DNA of 64,000 nt from Sphaerochaetaceae bacterium. GTDB lineage: Bacteria > Spirochaetota > Spirochaetia > Sphaerochaetales > Sphaerochaetaceae. The number at the start of each line of letters is the position of its first letter. Within the stretch, counting starts at the first letter, position 1. Shown in pieces: positions 27,410 to 38,183 of the stretch. Made by a program: the position numbers and the translations under genes. The notes under the pieces were generated by a model. That model did not search any database. It was not told the DNA's origin and worked only from the letters and a program-made list of their open reading frames with translations. The DNA is taken from positions 179,165 to 243,164 of the forward strand of contig CAXXVM010000001.1 in NCBI GenBank assembly GCA_963678765.2. Direction: 5' to 3'.

Positions 27410-28441
27410 ATGAAAGCAAATAAGAAAATTAAAGTTGCTGTAATCGGTGCAACAGGTGCAGTTGGCCAAGTATTTATGTGGAAGCTTGCAGAGCATCCTT
27501 GGTTTGAAGTAGTTTATGCTACCGCTTCAGCTTCAAGAGTAGGACTTGCTTATTCAGATACAACTCACTGGATTTTACCGATTGAAATGCCATCTTCAAT
27601 CCGTAATGTTGAGATGAAAGAATTCAATATTCAGTCAATGAAAGATGAAGGTGTTCAGATTGTATTCTCGGCACTCCCAGCTGGTGTTGCAAGAGAGGCT
27701 GAACCACAGCTTAGAGCTAATGGTTTCTATGTATTCTCAAATGCTGCTGCAATGAGATATGATAGTAATGTACCGATCCTTATTCCTGAAACTAACTATG
27801 AAAAACTAGATCTAATCAGAGACCAAGGATACCCTCAAACAGGTTTTGTAGTAACTAATGCAAACTGTGTAACAACAGGTTTAGCAATGGCTCTTGCTCC
27901 ATTAAGAAAGTTTGGCATTAAAACTATCCAATTAAATAGTTACCAGAGTGTTAGTGGTGCTGGTTATCCAGGATTATCTTCATTAGATATTCAAGATAAC
28001 TGTATTCCATTTATTAATGGTGAAGAAGAAAAGATTGAGAAAGAAATCAAAAAGATTTTATCAATCGACCCAGAAGTTTATGCTTTCACAGTTCGTGTAC
28101 CAGTTATGTTTGGACACCTTGAAACTGTTTGGCTAGATCTTGAACAGGACATTGAGCCAGAAGATATCAAACAAGCTTGGGCAGACTTTAAAGTTGCTTC
28201 AGATTTACCTTCAACTCCTGAACAACCTGTTGTTTACAGTGAAGAAAAAACTTTTCCACAACAGAAATCAGCTTTCTGGGGAACTCCTAGAGGAATGGTT
28301 GTATTCACAGGTAGAATTAAAAAGAAAAACAATAAGCTTGGTTTTGTACTCATGGTTAACAATATTGTTAAGGGTGCAGCTGGTGGTTCTGTTCAGAATG
28401 CTGAATTATTCGTTAAACAATATGGCCTTTTAGAAGACTAA
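27410..28441 (+). CDS. asd: aspartate-semialdehyde dehydrogenase
   Basis: VAVIGATGAVGQ Rossmann motif and active-site Cys context NANCVTTG. Start at MKANKK, preceded by GGAGG. The upstream ATG at 27389 lacks an RBS. Confidence 0.85.
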   Translation: MKANKKIKVAVIGATGAVGQVFMWKLAEHPWFEVVYATASASRVGLAYSDTTHWILPIEMPSSIRNVEMKEFNIQSMKDEGVQIVFSALPAGVAREAEPQLRANGFYVFSNAAAMRYDSNVPILIPETNYEKLDLIRDQGYPQTGFVVTNANCVTTGLAMALAPLRKFGIKTIQLNSYQSVSGAGYPGLSSLDIQDNCIPFINGEEEKIEKEIKKILSIDPEVYAFTVRVPVMFGHLETVWLDLEQDIEPEDIKQAWADFKVASDLPSTPEQPVVYSEEKTFPQQKSAFWGTPRGMVVFTGRIKKKNNKLGFVLMVNNIVKGAAGGSVQNAELFVKQYGLLED

Positions 28442-28471
28442 TAGTTTTATTTTATTATTTTATTGATGGGT

Positions 28472-28511
28472 TAATGCTAAGTAATTGAGACTTAGCATTA
28501 GCTTTTTTTTT
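28472..28511 (+). terminator. intrinsic terminator after asd
   Basis: TAATGCTAAGT / ACTTAGCATTA 11-bp stem followed by a run of nine T. Confidence 0.8.
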
Positions 28512-28512
28512 G

Positions 28513-28542
28513 CAAAAAAAATACCCCATATTAATGAGGTAT
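28513..28542 (-). terminator. intrinsic terminator after the U32 gene (convergent with asd)
   Basis: On the minus strand, ATACCTCAT-TAAT-ATGGGGTAT followed by TTTTTTTT. Confidence 0.7.
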
Positions 28543-28570
28543 CTATAAGTAATAGTTTTAGCTATATTCT

Positions 28571-30772
28571 TTAATATTCAGTATCATTATCTTGTAGGAC
28601 GTAAGTTAGGCAATTCTTTACAAGAACTTTATACTTATTACCTCTCTGACTAATTTTATACTCATTATTTCTACTACAACCTTCACAACTCAATCCCTTT
28701 GAATCATGTCTAAAACATGATCTTGAGATAAATAGAGGTGCTACAAAATCATCACCTACATCAGATGGTTCAAATGGCCATTTAGAGGTATCCTTATTTA
28801 TGGTTTCCATAAAAATATAACCACCAGATAAATGAGGTATCATCTCTTTTACAGATTGAGCTGCCTCACTATTTCCTAGATATAGATAAATATCTGCAAA
28901 AGCCTTTAATGAAGGGTTAACTAAGTTAATCCATCTAACTTGAGAAATATTATTAATTCCAATTCTTGTTCGATCTAGCAATCTGTTAATTTCAAGTTTC
29001 TTAACAAGATCCCCTAATCTTCTAATCTCTTCCTCTTCACTAAATGTTACAGGAGAAAGTGGAAGATAATAGTAACCATCAATTAATATTAAATCTTCAA
29101 TATTTGTTGGTATAGTAGTAAAGAAAGGTAAACCATCACTTAGTACTAGTTTAGATCTCTGTGGAAGTATTTCTAAAACAGTTTTAGGATACTTAGGAAG
29201 AGTTAGAGGACTTGATAAGTATTCATCAAATTTTTCCTCAAGAACTGCATACCAAGCTCTTCTTATCTGCTTCATCTGTGATAATGGAATAAATATATTA
29301 CCATCGGCAATACCACTATTATCAATAAAACTTAGATTTTCACAAACTACAGGACTCTTATCAGAACGAGAGAATACTTTATTCATTTTTGATTGCCAAT
29401 CAAATGCTGAAATAGATTCTTCTACTACTAAAGGAGCTTTGTAATCAGCTTTTATAATACAATCATCATTTGTTGATAATTCAATAGAATCACTATTTAT
29501 CTTAACAACAATATCAAGAGGTACCTTAGTGAGAGGTAAGCGATCTGTATTAATTATTTTCTCATCTTGATCGTGGGAAGAAATCAAATAAAGTGTATCA
29601 CCTACTCGAGGTGGTTCATTATTAATATTTATTCCTAAATCAACATACATTCCCTTTGAAGCTCTTGTCAAAGAATTTGAGTATCTATCTTCGATTGAGA
29701 ACACACTAAATTTATTTGCTTCAACAGGAGCCCTACTACCTTCTTCTAGATACATAAGTCCATCATGAATTGCAATATCTTCAAGTAATTCTACTTGAGC
29801 ATAACAACTCATTCCAACTTCAGTACAGCTTAATACTTTTGCAGCAGGTAAGCCTCTGTGGCCTGGAAAATCAGGAGAACATAAAGGCTCGGCATTTCTA
29901 TCTTCTGGTTTAGATCCGTGTCTACCATATTTAGTTGTCCAACCACCATAGGTTGAACGTGAAAATACAATCTGTAATCTTTTAAAAGCTTCAGTTGCAT
30001 CCTCTCCATCAAGCACTAATCTATAGGCCTTTGTTACAGCTGCAACATATGATGGAGATTTCATTCTACCTTCAACTTTTAAACTATCAATTCCTATTTG
30101 TTGTAGGAGTTTTACACTATTGCCAAGTTCTAAATCTCTCATTGAAAAGAACCATGCATCCTCATCTTCATCGCTAAACCAAGTTCGACAAATCTGTGCA
30201 CAAGCACCACCATTTGCAGAGCGTCCTGTGATCTGATGAGAGGCCATGCAAAGGCCTGAAAAACTATAACACAATGCCCCGTGAATGAATACTTTCAATT
30301 CAACTTCAGGACAGGCGACTCTTATTTCTTTAATTTCACTAATAGTTAATTCTCTAGCTAAAACTACTCTAGTAAAACCAAGTAGTTCCATTGCTCTAAC
30401 ACCCTCTACTGTATGTACAGCTAATTGTGTAGAGCCGTGTAATGGAAGCTTTTTAAAGTGTTCTTTAATTAACTTTGCTACTCCTAAATCTTGTACAATA
30501 ACACCATCACATCCAATTAATTCAAGATGTCTTAATGTTTTAAGTAGAGCTTCCATTTGTAAATCAACAAGCACTGTGTTAATAGTTACATAAACACATT
30601 TATTTATACTTTTGGCATATTTCCATAATTTTGAATATTCTTCAAACGTAAAATTAGCAGCATTTTTTCTTGCGGAGAAATTTTTTAAACCTAAATATAC
30701 AGCATCTGCACCTTCTCTAAATGCAATCAATGCGGATTGCATTGATCCTGCAGGTATGGCAAGTTCACTCAT
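28571..30772 (-). CDS. U32-family protein (collagenase-like peptidase / RNA- or quinone-hydroxylation family), long form
   Basis: U32 signature region KVFIHGALCYSFSGLCMAS. 733 aa with an extended C-terminal region containing Cys pairs. Confidence 0.8.
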   Translation of the reverse strand: MSELAIPAGSMQSALIAFREGADAVYLGLKNFSARKNAANFTFEEYSKLWKYAKSINKCVYVTINTVLVDLQMEALLKTLRHLELIGCDGVIVQDLGVAKLIKEHFKKLPLHGSTQLAVHTVEGVRAMELLGFTRVVLARELTISEIKEIRVACPEVELKVFIHGALCYSFSGLCMASHQITGRSANGGACAQICRTWFSDEDEDAWFFSMRDLELGNSVKLLQQIGIDSLKVEGRMKSPSYVAAVTKAYRLVLDGEDATEAFKRLQIVFSRSTYGGWTTKYGRHGSKPEDRNAEPLCSPDFPGHRGLPAAKVLSCTEVGMSCYAQVELLEDIAIHDGLMYLEEGSRAPVEANKFSVFSIEDRYSNSLTRASKGMYVDLGININNEPPRVGDTLYLISSHDQDEKIINTDRLPLTKVPLDIVVKINSDSIELSTNDDCIIKADYKAPLVVEESISAFDWQSKMNKVFSRSDKSPVVCENLSFIDNSGIADGNIFIPLSQMKQIRRAWYAVLEEKFDEYLSSPLTLPKYPKTVLEILPQRSKLVLSDGLPFFTTIPTNIEDLILIDGYYYLPLSPVTFSEEEEIRRLGDLVKKLEINRLLDRTRIGINNISQVRWINLVNPSLKAFADIYLYLGNSEAAQSVKEMIPHLSGGYIFMETINKDTSKWPFEPSDVGDDFVAPLFISRSCFRHDSKGLSCEGCSRNNEYKISQRGNKYKVLVKNCLTYVLQDNDTEY

Positions 30773-31126
30773 AATATTCCCTTATCATTATTTTTATTGT
30801 CTTTTTTTGAAAACAGTTGTCTATTATTATAAAGCAGATACAATCAAATAGAAAGAGTATTAACACACCTATTAAAAATATCGCTACTTAAATACCTATT
30901 TAATCATAATCATGAATAACTATTGAATTTTATCTCGCATTTGTTATACTATAATTCCAGGACAGAAGGATAATTGTAAAAATTTTTACTATTAATGTTC
31001 ATAAGTCTAACGATTTTTGTAAATGATATATTTTTATATCAAACAGTAATAGTTTATATGCCATCCATCTTGAATAAATGGATACGGTATTTATAATAGT
31101 GCAAATTTTTATTACAGGAGTAATAT

Positions 31127-33028
31127 ATGAATTCAAAGTATACAGATTTACTTAAAAGTAAAATGAGTGATGCAAGTTTCGCTAAACTTACAGCTCTAGA
31201 CAACGAAAAAGTTATGGACTTTATTGGCCAATTCACTGAACATTGTAACCCAGCATCTTTATATGTTTGCGACGACAGCAAAGAAGATGAACAGTACATT
31301 AGAGAACAATCAATTGCTAAAAACGAGGAATTCGTTTTAGCTAGAGATAAGCAGACAATTCACTGGGATAATGTTAACGACCAAGCAAGAGATAAAGTTA
31401 ATACACGTTACCTAGTATATAAAGAAAATCTTGAAAGAATGAAATCTTTAAACTCAGTTGAATACAACCAAGGTTTAGAAGAAATCATGGGTATCGCAAA
31501 AGGTATCATGACTGGTAAAGATGCAGTAGTTAAATTCTTCTGCGAAGGTCCAGCTTTTTCAGAATTCACAATGCCTTGTGTTCAGATTACTGACTCATGG
31601 TATGTTGCACACTCAGAATCTATCCTTTACAGAACAGCTTATGCTCACTTCTTAGCTCTTAAGGGCGACAAAAAGAATGACTTCTTTAGATTTGTTCACT
31701 CAGCTGGTCAATTAGATGAAAACCACACAAGTGCTAACTTAGACAAGAGAAGAATTTACATGGATACTCAAAACAACATTGTTTACTCAATGAATTGTCA
31801 GTATGCAGGTAACACAGTTGGTCTAAAAAAACACTCAATGCGTCTTGCTATCAACAAAGGTGGACAAGAAGGTTGGTTATGTGAACACATGTTCACAATG
31901 GCTTGTGTAAACGAAGATAAAGGTCGTAAGACTTACTTCGCAGGTGCTTACCCATCAGCTTGTGGTAAAACATCAACAGCTATGATTCCAGGTGAAGAAA
32001 TCGTTGGTGATGATATTGCTTATTTCAGAAATATTGATGGTCAATTCAGAGCTGTTAACGTAGAACAAGGTATTTTCGGTATTATCAAAGATGTTAATGC
32101 AGAAGATGATCCTCTAATCTTTGAAAATCTTCAAAAGAACCAAGAAGTAATCTTCTCTAACGTTCTACGTGGTGAAGACAACCTTCCTTACTGGTTAGGT
32201 TCAGGTGTTGAAACACCAGCTAAAGGTGATAACTTCTCTGGTAAAGATTGGTTTGCTGGTAAGAAAGATGCTAAGGGCAATGAAATCAAATGTGCTCACG
32301 GTAATGCTCGTTACACAATGAGACTTGATTATCTTGATAACTTCGATAAAGAAGGTTATGACAGAAAAGATGGTATCTTATTACAAGGTGTATTCTACGG
32401 TGGTCGCGATAGTGATACTACAGTTCCTGTTGAAGAATCAGCTTCATGGAAAGAAGGTATTCTTCTTAAAGCTTGTACTCTAGAATCAGAAACAACTTCT
32501 GCAACTCTAGGTGCTGAAGGTGTTAGAACTCCTAGCCCAATGGCTAACATGGACTTCTTATCATACCCTCTAGGTGAATATACTCTTAACAACATCAACT
32601 TTGTTAAAGATCTAAAAGAAGTACCAAAAGTATTCTCAACTAACTACTTCCTAAGAACTCCAGAAGGTCAATTCTGTACTTCTAAGCTTGCTAAGAAAGT
32701 TTGGGTTCACTGGGCAGAAGGTAGAGTTCATAATGAATATGAAGCTATTGATACTCCTACAGGTAAAATTCCTGTATATGCAGACCTTAAAGACTTATTC
32801 AAGAAATACTTAGGTATTGAATACACAGAAGCTGAATACAAATATCAATTCACTTTCCGTTGTGACAAATGGATTGCTAAATTAGAAAGATCTAAAGCTT
32901 ACTTCAAGAAAATGGATCCTCTATGTCCTTCAGTTGTATTTGATGAATGGGATGCTTTCATTGCTAAACTAGAAGCTGCTAAGGCTAAGTTCGGTAACGA
33001 AATCCTACCTGGTGCATACGTAAAATAA
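31127..33028 (+). CDS. pckG: phosphoenolpyruvate carboxykinase (GTP)
   Basis: 633 aa. Kinase-1a P-loop GAYPSACGKTS and overall GTP-PEPCK layout. RBS AGGAG. Confidence 0.9.
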   Translation: MNSKYTDLLKSKMSDASFAKLTALDNEKVMDFIGQFTEHCNPASLYVCDDSKEDEQYIREQSIAKNEEFVLARDKQTIHWDNVNDQARDKVNTRYLVYKENLERMKSLNSVEYNQGLEEIMGIAKGIMTGKDAVVKFFCEGPAFSEFTMPCVQITDSWYVAHSESILYRTAYAHFLALKGDKKNDFFRFVHSAGQLDENHTSANLDKRRIYMDTQNNIVYSMNCQYAGNTVGLKKHSMRLAINKGGQEGWLCEHMFTMACVNEDKGRKTYFAGAYPSACGKTSTAMIPGEEIVGDDIAYFRNIDGQFRAVNVEQGIFGIIKDVNAEDDPLIFENLQKNQEVIFSNVLRGEDNLPYWLGSGVETPAKGDNFSGKDWFAGKKDAKGNEIKCAHGNARYTMRLDYLDNFDKEGYDRKDGILLQGVFYGGRDSDTTVPVEESASWKEGILLKACTLESETTSATLGAEGVRTPSPMANMDFLSYPLGEYTLNNINFVKDLKEVPKVFSTNYFLRTPEGQFCTSKLAKKVWVHWAEGRVHNEYEAIDTPTGKIPVYADLKDLFKKYLGIEYTEAEYKYQFTFRCDKWIAKLERSKAYFKKMDPLCPSVVFDEWDAFIAKLEAAKAKFGNEILPGAYVK

Positions 33029-33045
33029 TCTTTTATTAGATAAAA

Positions 33046-33075
33046 AAAAGTCATTCGAAAGAATGGCTTTTTTTT
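33046..33075 (+). terminator. intrinsic terminator after pckG
   Basis: AAGTCATTC-GAAA-GAATGGCTT hairpin followed by TTTTTT. Confidence 0.75.
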
Positions 33076-33209
33076 ATGCCTTTGCTAAACTTTCAATCTT
33101 AATTCTTGATTTACTCAAATATGCAATTTTTTACTTTACACATTAGAGGAAAGTTACTATTATTAATTTATAGAGTTAGCTAAGAGTAACTTTATAAAGG
33201 AAATTACAT

Positions 33210-33953
33210 ATGAAATTAGTATTAGTAAGACATGGAGAAAGTGATTGGAATAAAAAGAACCTTTTTACAGGTTGGAGTGATGTTGATTTAACAGAATTTG
33301 GTGTTGAGCAAGCTAAAACCGCAGGCTTAGATTTAAAAAAGGAAGGTTATACTTTTGATATTGCCTACACCTCATATTTAAAGAGAGCTATACATACATT
33401 GGATAATCTATTAAATGAAATGAATTTAGTATATCTCCCTGTAGTAAAAGCTTGGCAGTTAAATGAAAAAAGCTATGGTGCACTGCAAGGCCTAAATAAG
33501 GCAGAGACAGCAGCAAAGTACGGAGAGGACAAAGTTTTACTCTGGAGACGCTCATTTGATGTTAAACCACCTCTACTTAAAGAGAATGAGGATAGATCTC
33601 CAATTACTGATAAAACATATAAAAATGTTGATAAAAAAAATCTACCACTAGGTGAAAGTCTAAAAGATACAATTGATAGAGTTATACCCTACTTTGAAGA
33701 AAATATTAAACCTAAAGTTGAAGAGGGTGAAAAAGTAATTATCGTAGCTCATGGTAATTCACTAAGAGCATTGGTAAAATATTTTGATAAATTAACAAAT
33801 GATGAAATATTAAAAGTAAATATTCCTACAGGCATCCCTCTAGTTTATACATTTAATGATAAATGGGATGTTATTGAGAAAAAATATATTGGAGATCCTA
33901 AAAAAATAAAAGAATTAATTGATAGTGTAGCAAATCAAGGAAAAAGCAAATAA
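33210..33953 (+). CDS. gpmA: 2,3-bisphosphoglycerate-dependent phosphoglycerate mutase
   Basis: LVRHGESDWNKKNLFTGW catalytic His motif and second His motif AHGNSLRAL. 247 aa. Confidence 0.9.
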   Translation: MKLVLVRHGESDWNKKNLFTGWSDVDLTEFGVEQAKTAGLDLKKEGYTFDIAYTSYLKRAIHTLDNLLNEMNLVYLPVVKAWQLNEKSYGALQGLNKAETAAKYGEDKVLLWRRSFDVKPPLLKENEDRSPITDKTYKNVDKKNLPLGESLKDTIDRVIPYFEENIKPKVEEGEKVIIVAHGNSLRALVKYFDKLTNDEILKVNIPTGIPLVYTFNDKWDVIEKKYIGDPKKIKELIDSVANQGKSK

Positions 33954-34060
33954 TTTATTATGATTGATGAGCAAACAAAATATTAATAAAAGTTTTGTTT
34001 GCTATAATCAAGGACTTATAATATCATTGTCTATAATATTAATTTATAAAGGATTAAAAT

Positions 34061-34600
34061 ATGAATGAAAAAGTAAATGTATTTGATTATACAAAAGAAA
34101 TAATTGATGCTTTGGCTAAAGGTGTTTTAATAACAACTAAAGCTGATGATAAAGTTAACTCAATGGTTGTTTCTTGGGGTGGAATCGGTATTGTATGGGG
34201 TAAACCCGTTTTTACAATTTACATAAGAGAAAACAGATACACAAGAGAACTTTTAGAAAAGAATGGCGAGTTTACTGTAAATATTCCAATGGGTCCTTTT
34301 GATAAAAAGAAAATTGCTAATGTATGTGGAGCAATGTCAGGACGTGATATTGATAAAGTAAAAGAAGCAAATCTAACACTTGTAGATAGTGAAGAGGTAT
34401 CAGTTCCAGGTATTAAAGAGCTTCCTTTAACACTAGAATGTAAAGTAATTTATAAACAGAAACAAGACAAAAATGCTATTGATAAAGAGCAAACTGAGAA
34501 GTATTATCCATATGATATTCCTGGAACTTTCCATGGTTCAAACAGAGATTATCACACAGCATATTATGGTGAAATTATAAGAGCTTCAATTATTAAATAA
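34061..34600 (+). CDS. flavin reductase-like (FMN-binding split-barrel) protein
   Basis: About 180 aa. The segment LITTKADDKVNSMVVSWGG is typical of the flavoredoxin / flavin-reductase fold. The call is by resemblance only. Confidence 0.6.
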   Translation: MNEKVNVFDYTKEIIDALAKGVLITTKADDKVNSMVVSWGGIGIVWGKPVFTIYIRENRYTRELLEKNGEFTVNIPMGPFDKKKIANVCGAMSGRDIDKVKEANLTLVDSEEVSVPGIKELPLTLECKVIYKQKQDKNAIDKEQTEKYYPYDIPGTFHGSNRDYHTAYYGEIIRASIIK

Positions 34601-34620
34601 GTAGAATTTAAAAAATCAAT

Positions 34621-34664
34621 GTTAAAATAACAACTTATGATACTCATTAAGTTGTTATTTTAAC
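34621..34664 (+). terminator. terminator-like hairpin after the flavin reductase-like gene
   Basis: Perfect 17-bp stem GTTAAAATAACAACTTA / TAAGTTGTTATTTTAAC. No clean T tract follows. Confidence 0.4.
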
Positions 34665-34952
34665 TAAAAGCGAGAATTAATAAAATATTACATATTTTTA
34701 GTTATAATTTTTTACTTAATAATAACTCAAAATACGGTATCCATATTTATCTATATATAATTATTGCATAATTATATCGTTTTATACATAAATCATCCAA
34801 TGCATTAAACAAATAATTTCCTTTTTTTTTTACATTTATGGGGTTCACTTTAATATAATATTTCTGTTATTCTTTAACGACTCTTGAGAGTCACAAAAAT
34901 TTCAAAAAGACACATAGGGTGTTTTTTTTTGGAAAAATTCTTGGAGTGATTT

Positions 34953-36251
34953 ATGTCTAAACCTATTGTTGACGGTACCGTTTATGGACCAAGTGACAAA
35001 CCCCCAGTTGCAGAATGGATATTCTTAAGTATCCAACATGTATTTGCAATGTTCGGAGCAACGATTCTAGTTCCAATTTTAACAGGACTTAGTCCTAGTG
35101 CTGCTTTATTTAGTGCTGGTACTGGTACATTGATTTACATCGTAATTACTAAAGCTAAAGTACCTGCTTTTTTAGGTAGTTCCTTTGCCTTTATACCTGG
35201 TATCATAATGGTCTCATCGCAATTCGGAATGGAATATGCTATGGGTGGTGCCTTATTTGCTGGTCTCTTTTATACCCTTATTGCTGGTATTATTAAAAAA
35301 GCAGGACGTAGTTGGATTGATAAAGCCCTTCCACCGGTTGTTATTGGATCCGTTATTATTGTAATAGGTCTTAATCTGGCACCGACGGCAATGTCTATGG
35401 CTATGAATGGAGCTGATGGTAATTATAGTATTACTTACTTCTCAATAGCAATTTTCACATTAACAGTTACTATTATTGCAAATATATTCTTTAAAAAATT
35501 CTGGGCACTAATACCAATCCTAATTGGTTTGTTTAGTGGCTATTTTTTTACCCTAATAATGGGTGAATTCTTCCCATCTTATGCACTAATCGATTTCACA
35601 GGTGTAAGCAACACAGCATGGTTTGGATTACCTCACTTTGCAGTACCAAAGTTTAACTTGGTTGCAATATTAACATTTGTAATTATTTCATTCGCAACTA
35701 TCTGTGAACACCTAGGTGATATCCTAGTATTGAGTAATGTTGTTGGAGAAAACTTTTATGAAGATCCAGGACTTCACAGAACCATTCTTGGTGATGGTGT
35801 TGCAACAGCTTGGGCATCAATGTGGGGTGGACCTCCAAATACAACCTATGGTGAAAATATTGGTGTATTAGCAATCACTCGTGTTTATAGTGTATGGGTT
35901 ATTGGTGGTGCTGCAGTTCTTGCAACTATATTATCTTTCTTCACAAAGTTTGGGGCATTAATTCAAACAATTCCATCTCCAGTTCTAGGTGGTATATCAA
36001 TGTTATTATTTGGTATTATCGCAAGTTCTGGTCTTAGAACTCTTGTTGAATCAGGTGTTAACTATCAAGATAAAAGAAATCTTACTATCAGTAGTGTTAT
36101 CCTAGTAATTGGCATTGGTGGTGGTATGATACAATTCCCTCTTGCAAGTGGCCTAAACTTCTCATTAGGGGGAGTAGCCCTAGCAACAATAGTTGGTATT
36201 TTCCTCAATATAATCTTACCTATCAAAGATAAAGATACACAATATATCTAA
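34953..36251 (+). CDS. uracil/xanthine permease (NCS2 family)
   Basis: 432 aa, about 12-14 TM segments. NCS2-like segments (QHVFAMFGATILVP, GENIGVLAITRV). RBS GGAG. Confidence 0.85.
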   Translation: MSKPIVDGTVYGPSDKPPVAEWIFLSIQHVFAMFGATILVPILTGLSPSAALFSAGTGTLIYIVITKAKVPAFLGSSFAFIPGIIMVSSQFGMEYAMGGALFAGLFYTLIAGIIKKAGRSWIDKALPPVVIGSVIIVIGLNLAPTAMSMAMNGADGNYSITYFSIAIFTLTVTIIANIFFKKFWALIPILIGLFSGYFFTLIMGEFFPSYALIDFTGVSNTAWFGLPHFAVPKFNLVAILTFVIISFATICEHLGDILVLSNVVGENFYEDPGLHRTILGDGVATAWASMWGGPPNTTYGENIGVLAITRVYSVWVIGGAAVLATILSFFTKFGALIQTIPSPVLGGISMLLFGIIASSGLRTLVESGVNYQDKRNLTISSVILVIGIGGGMIQFPLASGLNFSLGGVALATIVGIFLNIILPIKDKDTQYI

Positions 36252-36275
36252 AATTTGTTTAACAATTAATAAAAA

Positions 36276-36310
36276 ACAGTCGATTATATAATTAGTCGGC
36301 TGTTTTTTTT
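36276..36310 (+). terminator. intrinsic terminator after the permease gene
   Basis: ACAGTCGA ... TCGGCTGT stem (one G-U pair) followed by TTTTTTTT. Confidence 0.7.
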
Positions 36311-36376
36311 GATTATAATAAAAAATTCTTTTATCAGCTACTATAAGAAATTATTATAAATGACTATTATAAAAAC

Positions 36377-37258
36377 ATGTTCAAATATACACTTATAGAT
36401 AACGATGAAAAATTTAGAGATATAATAAAAAATTGGAAAGAGAATAATATGCTCTCCATTGCAATGGACTTTGAAGGTGAATTTAATCTTCATGTCTACG
36501 GAGAACATCTTTGTTTAATACAACTATTCGATACAAAGCAATACTATTTAGCAGACCCTTTTGAATTGTCAAAAGAGATGTTGAAAGAATTTTTTGAAGA
36601 TACAGAAATAGAAAAAATTATGTTCTCATGTGATAGTGATTCTGCACTAATTAGAAAGCAATATAACATTCAATTAAAAAATGTATATGATGTAAGAATT
36701 CCAGCAATGGAACTAGAATTCATGGGTAACTACACTGCCCTGGTTAAAAGAAATCTAGATATTACAATAGAAACATCAGGTTCTAAAAAGAAGAATCAAA
36801 TGACAAACTGGCTAAAAAGACCTTTAAAAGAAGAACAGATTCAATATGCTCTTCTTGATGTTGCATACCTTCATCAACTAAAAGAAAGCCTTATAGCAGA
36901 AGCTGAAGAAGCTGGTCTTAGCAAGGCAGTTAATTCAAAAATGAAAATGGCAGGTGTTCAAAAAGGCCCTGATAAACCAGGTTGGGCTAAACTTGGAAAC
37001 TATAAGAGAATGAGTCGCAATGAAAAAGTATATTTAAAACATTTCTTTATTGCTCGTGATATCATTGCTAGAAAAGAAAACGTCCCAGCCGCTCGTATTC
37101 TTGATAAAAGAAAACTTGTTACAATGGCTAAGGACGTTCCCTCTACAGATAGAGAACTTAAATACATTATCCACCATAGAGATTACAGAATTGAGAGACA
37201 ATTATATCCTCTAATGAAAAAAGCTATGGAAGATAGTGCTAGAGAATTATCTAATTAG
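36377..37258 (+). CDS. rnd: RNase D-like 3'-5' exonuclease with HRDC domain
   Basis: DEDDy motifs (AMDFEGE, FSCDSD, YALLDVAYL) and a C-terminal HRDC-like helical region. Confidence 0.75.
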   Translation: MFKYTLIDNDEKFRDIIKNWKENNMLSIAMDFEGEFNLHVYGEHLCLIQLFDTKQYYLADPFELSKEMLKEFFEDTEIEKIMFSCDSDSALIRKQYNIQLKNVYDVRIPAMELEFMGNYTALVKRNLDITIETSGSKKKNQMTNWLKRPLKEEQIQYALLDVAYLHQLKESLIAEAEEAGLSKAVNSKMKMAGVQKGPDKPGWAKLGNYKRMSRNEKVYLKHFFIARDIIARKENVPAARILDKRKLVTMAKDVPSTDRELKYIIHHRDYRIERQLYPLMKKAMEDSARELSN

Positions 37259-38183
37259 ACTCATTTTTATTCATTTCATTTCTATACTCACAACCCTCTG
37301 CAATTAGGAAAATACTTCTATTATAGGGGGTTGGTATATTATGTTTTTCACCAAGTCTTATAACTGTTCCACTAAACCAGTTATTCTCTGTTTTCTTAGA
37401 TGCCATAATATCCTGACACATTGAAGTTCTACCAAATTTGGGAAGATCTTGCATCAAAGCTAGATTATTTTCAAAATCTTTAAGTGTTAAAATAACTCCC
37501 TCTTTTTCTGAAACAGCAATTACCTCCAGGGCAATATTCTTTGCTAATTGTGCTAAAGCTGGTGAATTAAAGATACCATATCCGCCTCTACAAATTGCAG
37601 ATAAAGTATTAAAGATAGTATTCAACATGAATTTATTATATTGATCATGTCTAATATCTTTAGGAACTAGAAATGGAACTTGTGCATCATTAAATAGTTT
37701 TTTAAGAGCAATAACTTTAGAACTTTCACTATTATCTTTTTCTCCAAATACAATTTTTCCTATTGATGAGAAATTAATTTGGCTACCACTATTTTCAGAG
37801 CTTAAACCTACACAAAAGCCATATAGAACCCTATCTTCTCCATACGCCTTTATAAGCTTTTCTTCCGATTCAATTCCATTTAGAAGTGATAATATTATAG
37901 TATTTTTTCCAACAGCATTTTTGATATCTACAATGGCTTCATCAATTTGAAGATTCTTAGTTGCAAGTAATACAAAATCAGCTTCACAAGCATTCTCAGG
38001 TTCAACAACATTATAAAATTTTGTTTTACCATTTATGCTAATACCATTTTTGGTATATCTTTCAAATCTATCGCCTTTTGCAATAATTTCTACATTTGAT
38101 TTACCTAAATAGTCATTTAATTTATCACCATAAAGGGCACCAACTGCACCAAAACCTATTATACATATTTTCTTTATATCCAT
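37251..38183 (-). CDS. panE: 2-dehydropantoate 2-reductase (ketopantoate reductase, ApbA/PanE family)
   Basis: N-terminal Rossmann motif ICIIGFGAVGALYG and a C-terminal ApbA-type helical domain. Start moved to MDIKK (38183), which is preceded by GAGG. Confidence 0.8.
   Translation of the reverse strand: MDIKKICIIGFGAVGALYGDKLNDYLGKSNVEIIAKGDRFERYTKNGISINGKTKFYNVVEPENACEADFVLLATKNLQIDEAIVDIKNAVGKNTIILSLLNGIESEEKLIKAYGEDRVLYGFCVGLSSENSGSQINFSSIGKIVFGEKDNSESSKVIALKKLFNDAQVPFLVPKDIRHDQYNKFMLNTIFNTLSAICRGGYGIFNSPALAQLAKNIALEVIAVSEKEGVILTLKDFENNLALMQDLPKFGRTSMCQDIMASKKTENNWFSGTVIRLGEKHNIPTPYNRSIFLIAEGCEYRNEMNKNESN

Noticed and set aside
29388-29405. Palindrome TTTGATTG-C-CAATCAAA.
   Set aside because: It lies inside the U32 coding sequence, is short, and has no regulatory context.
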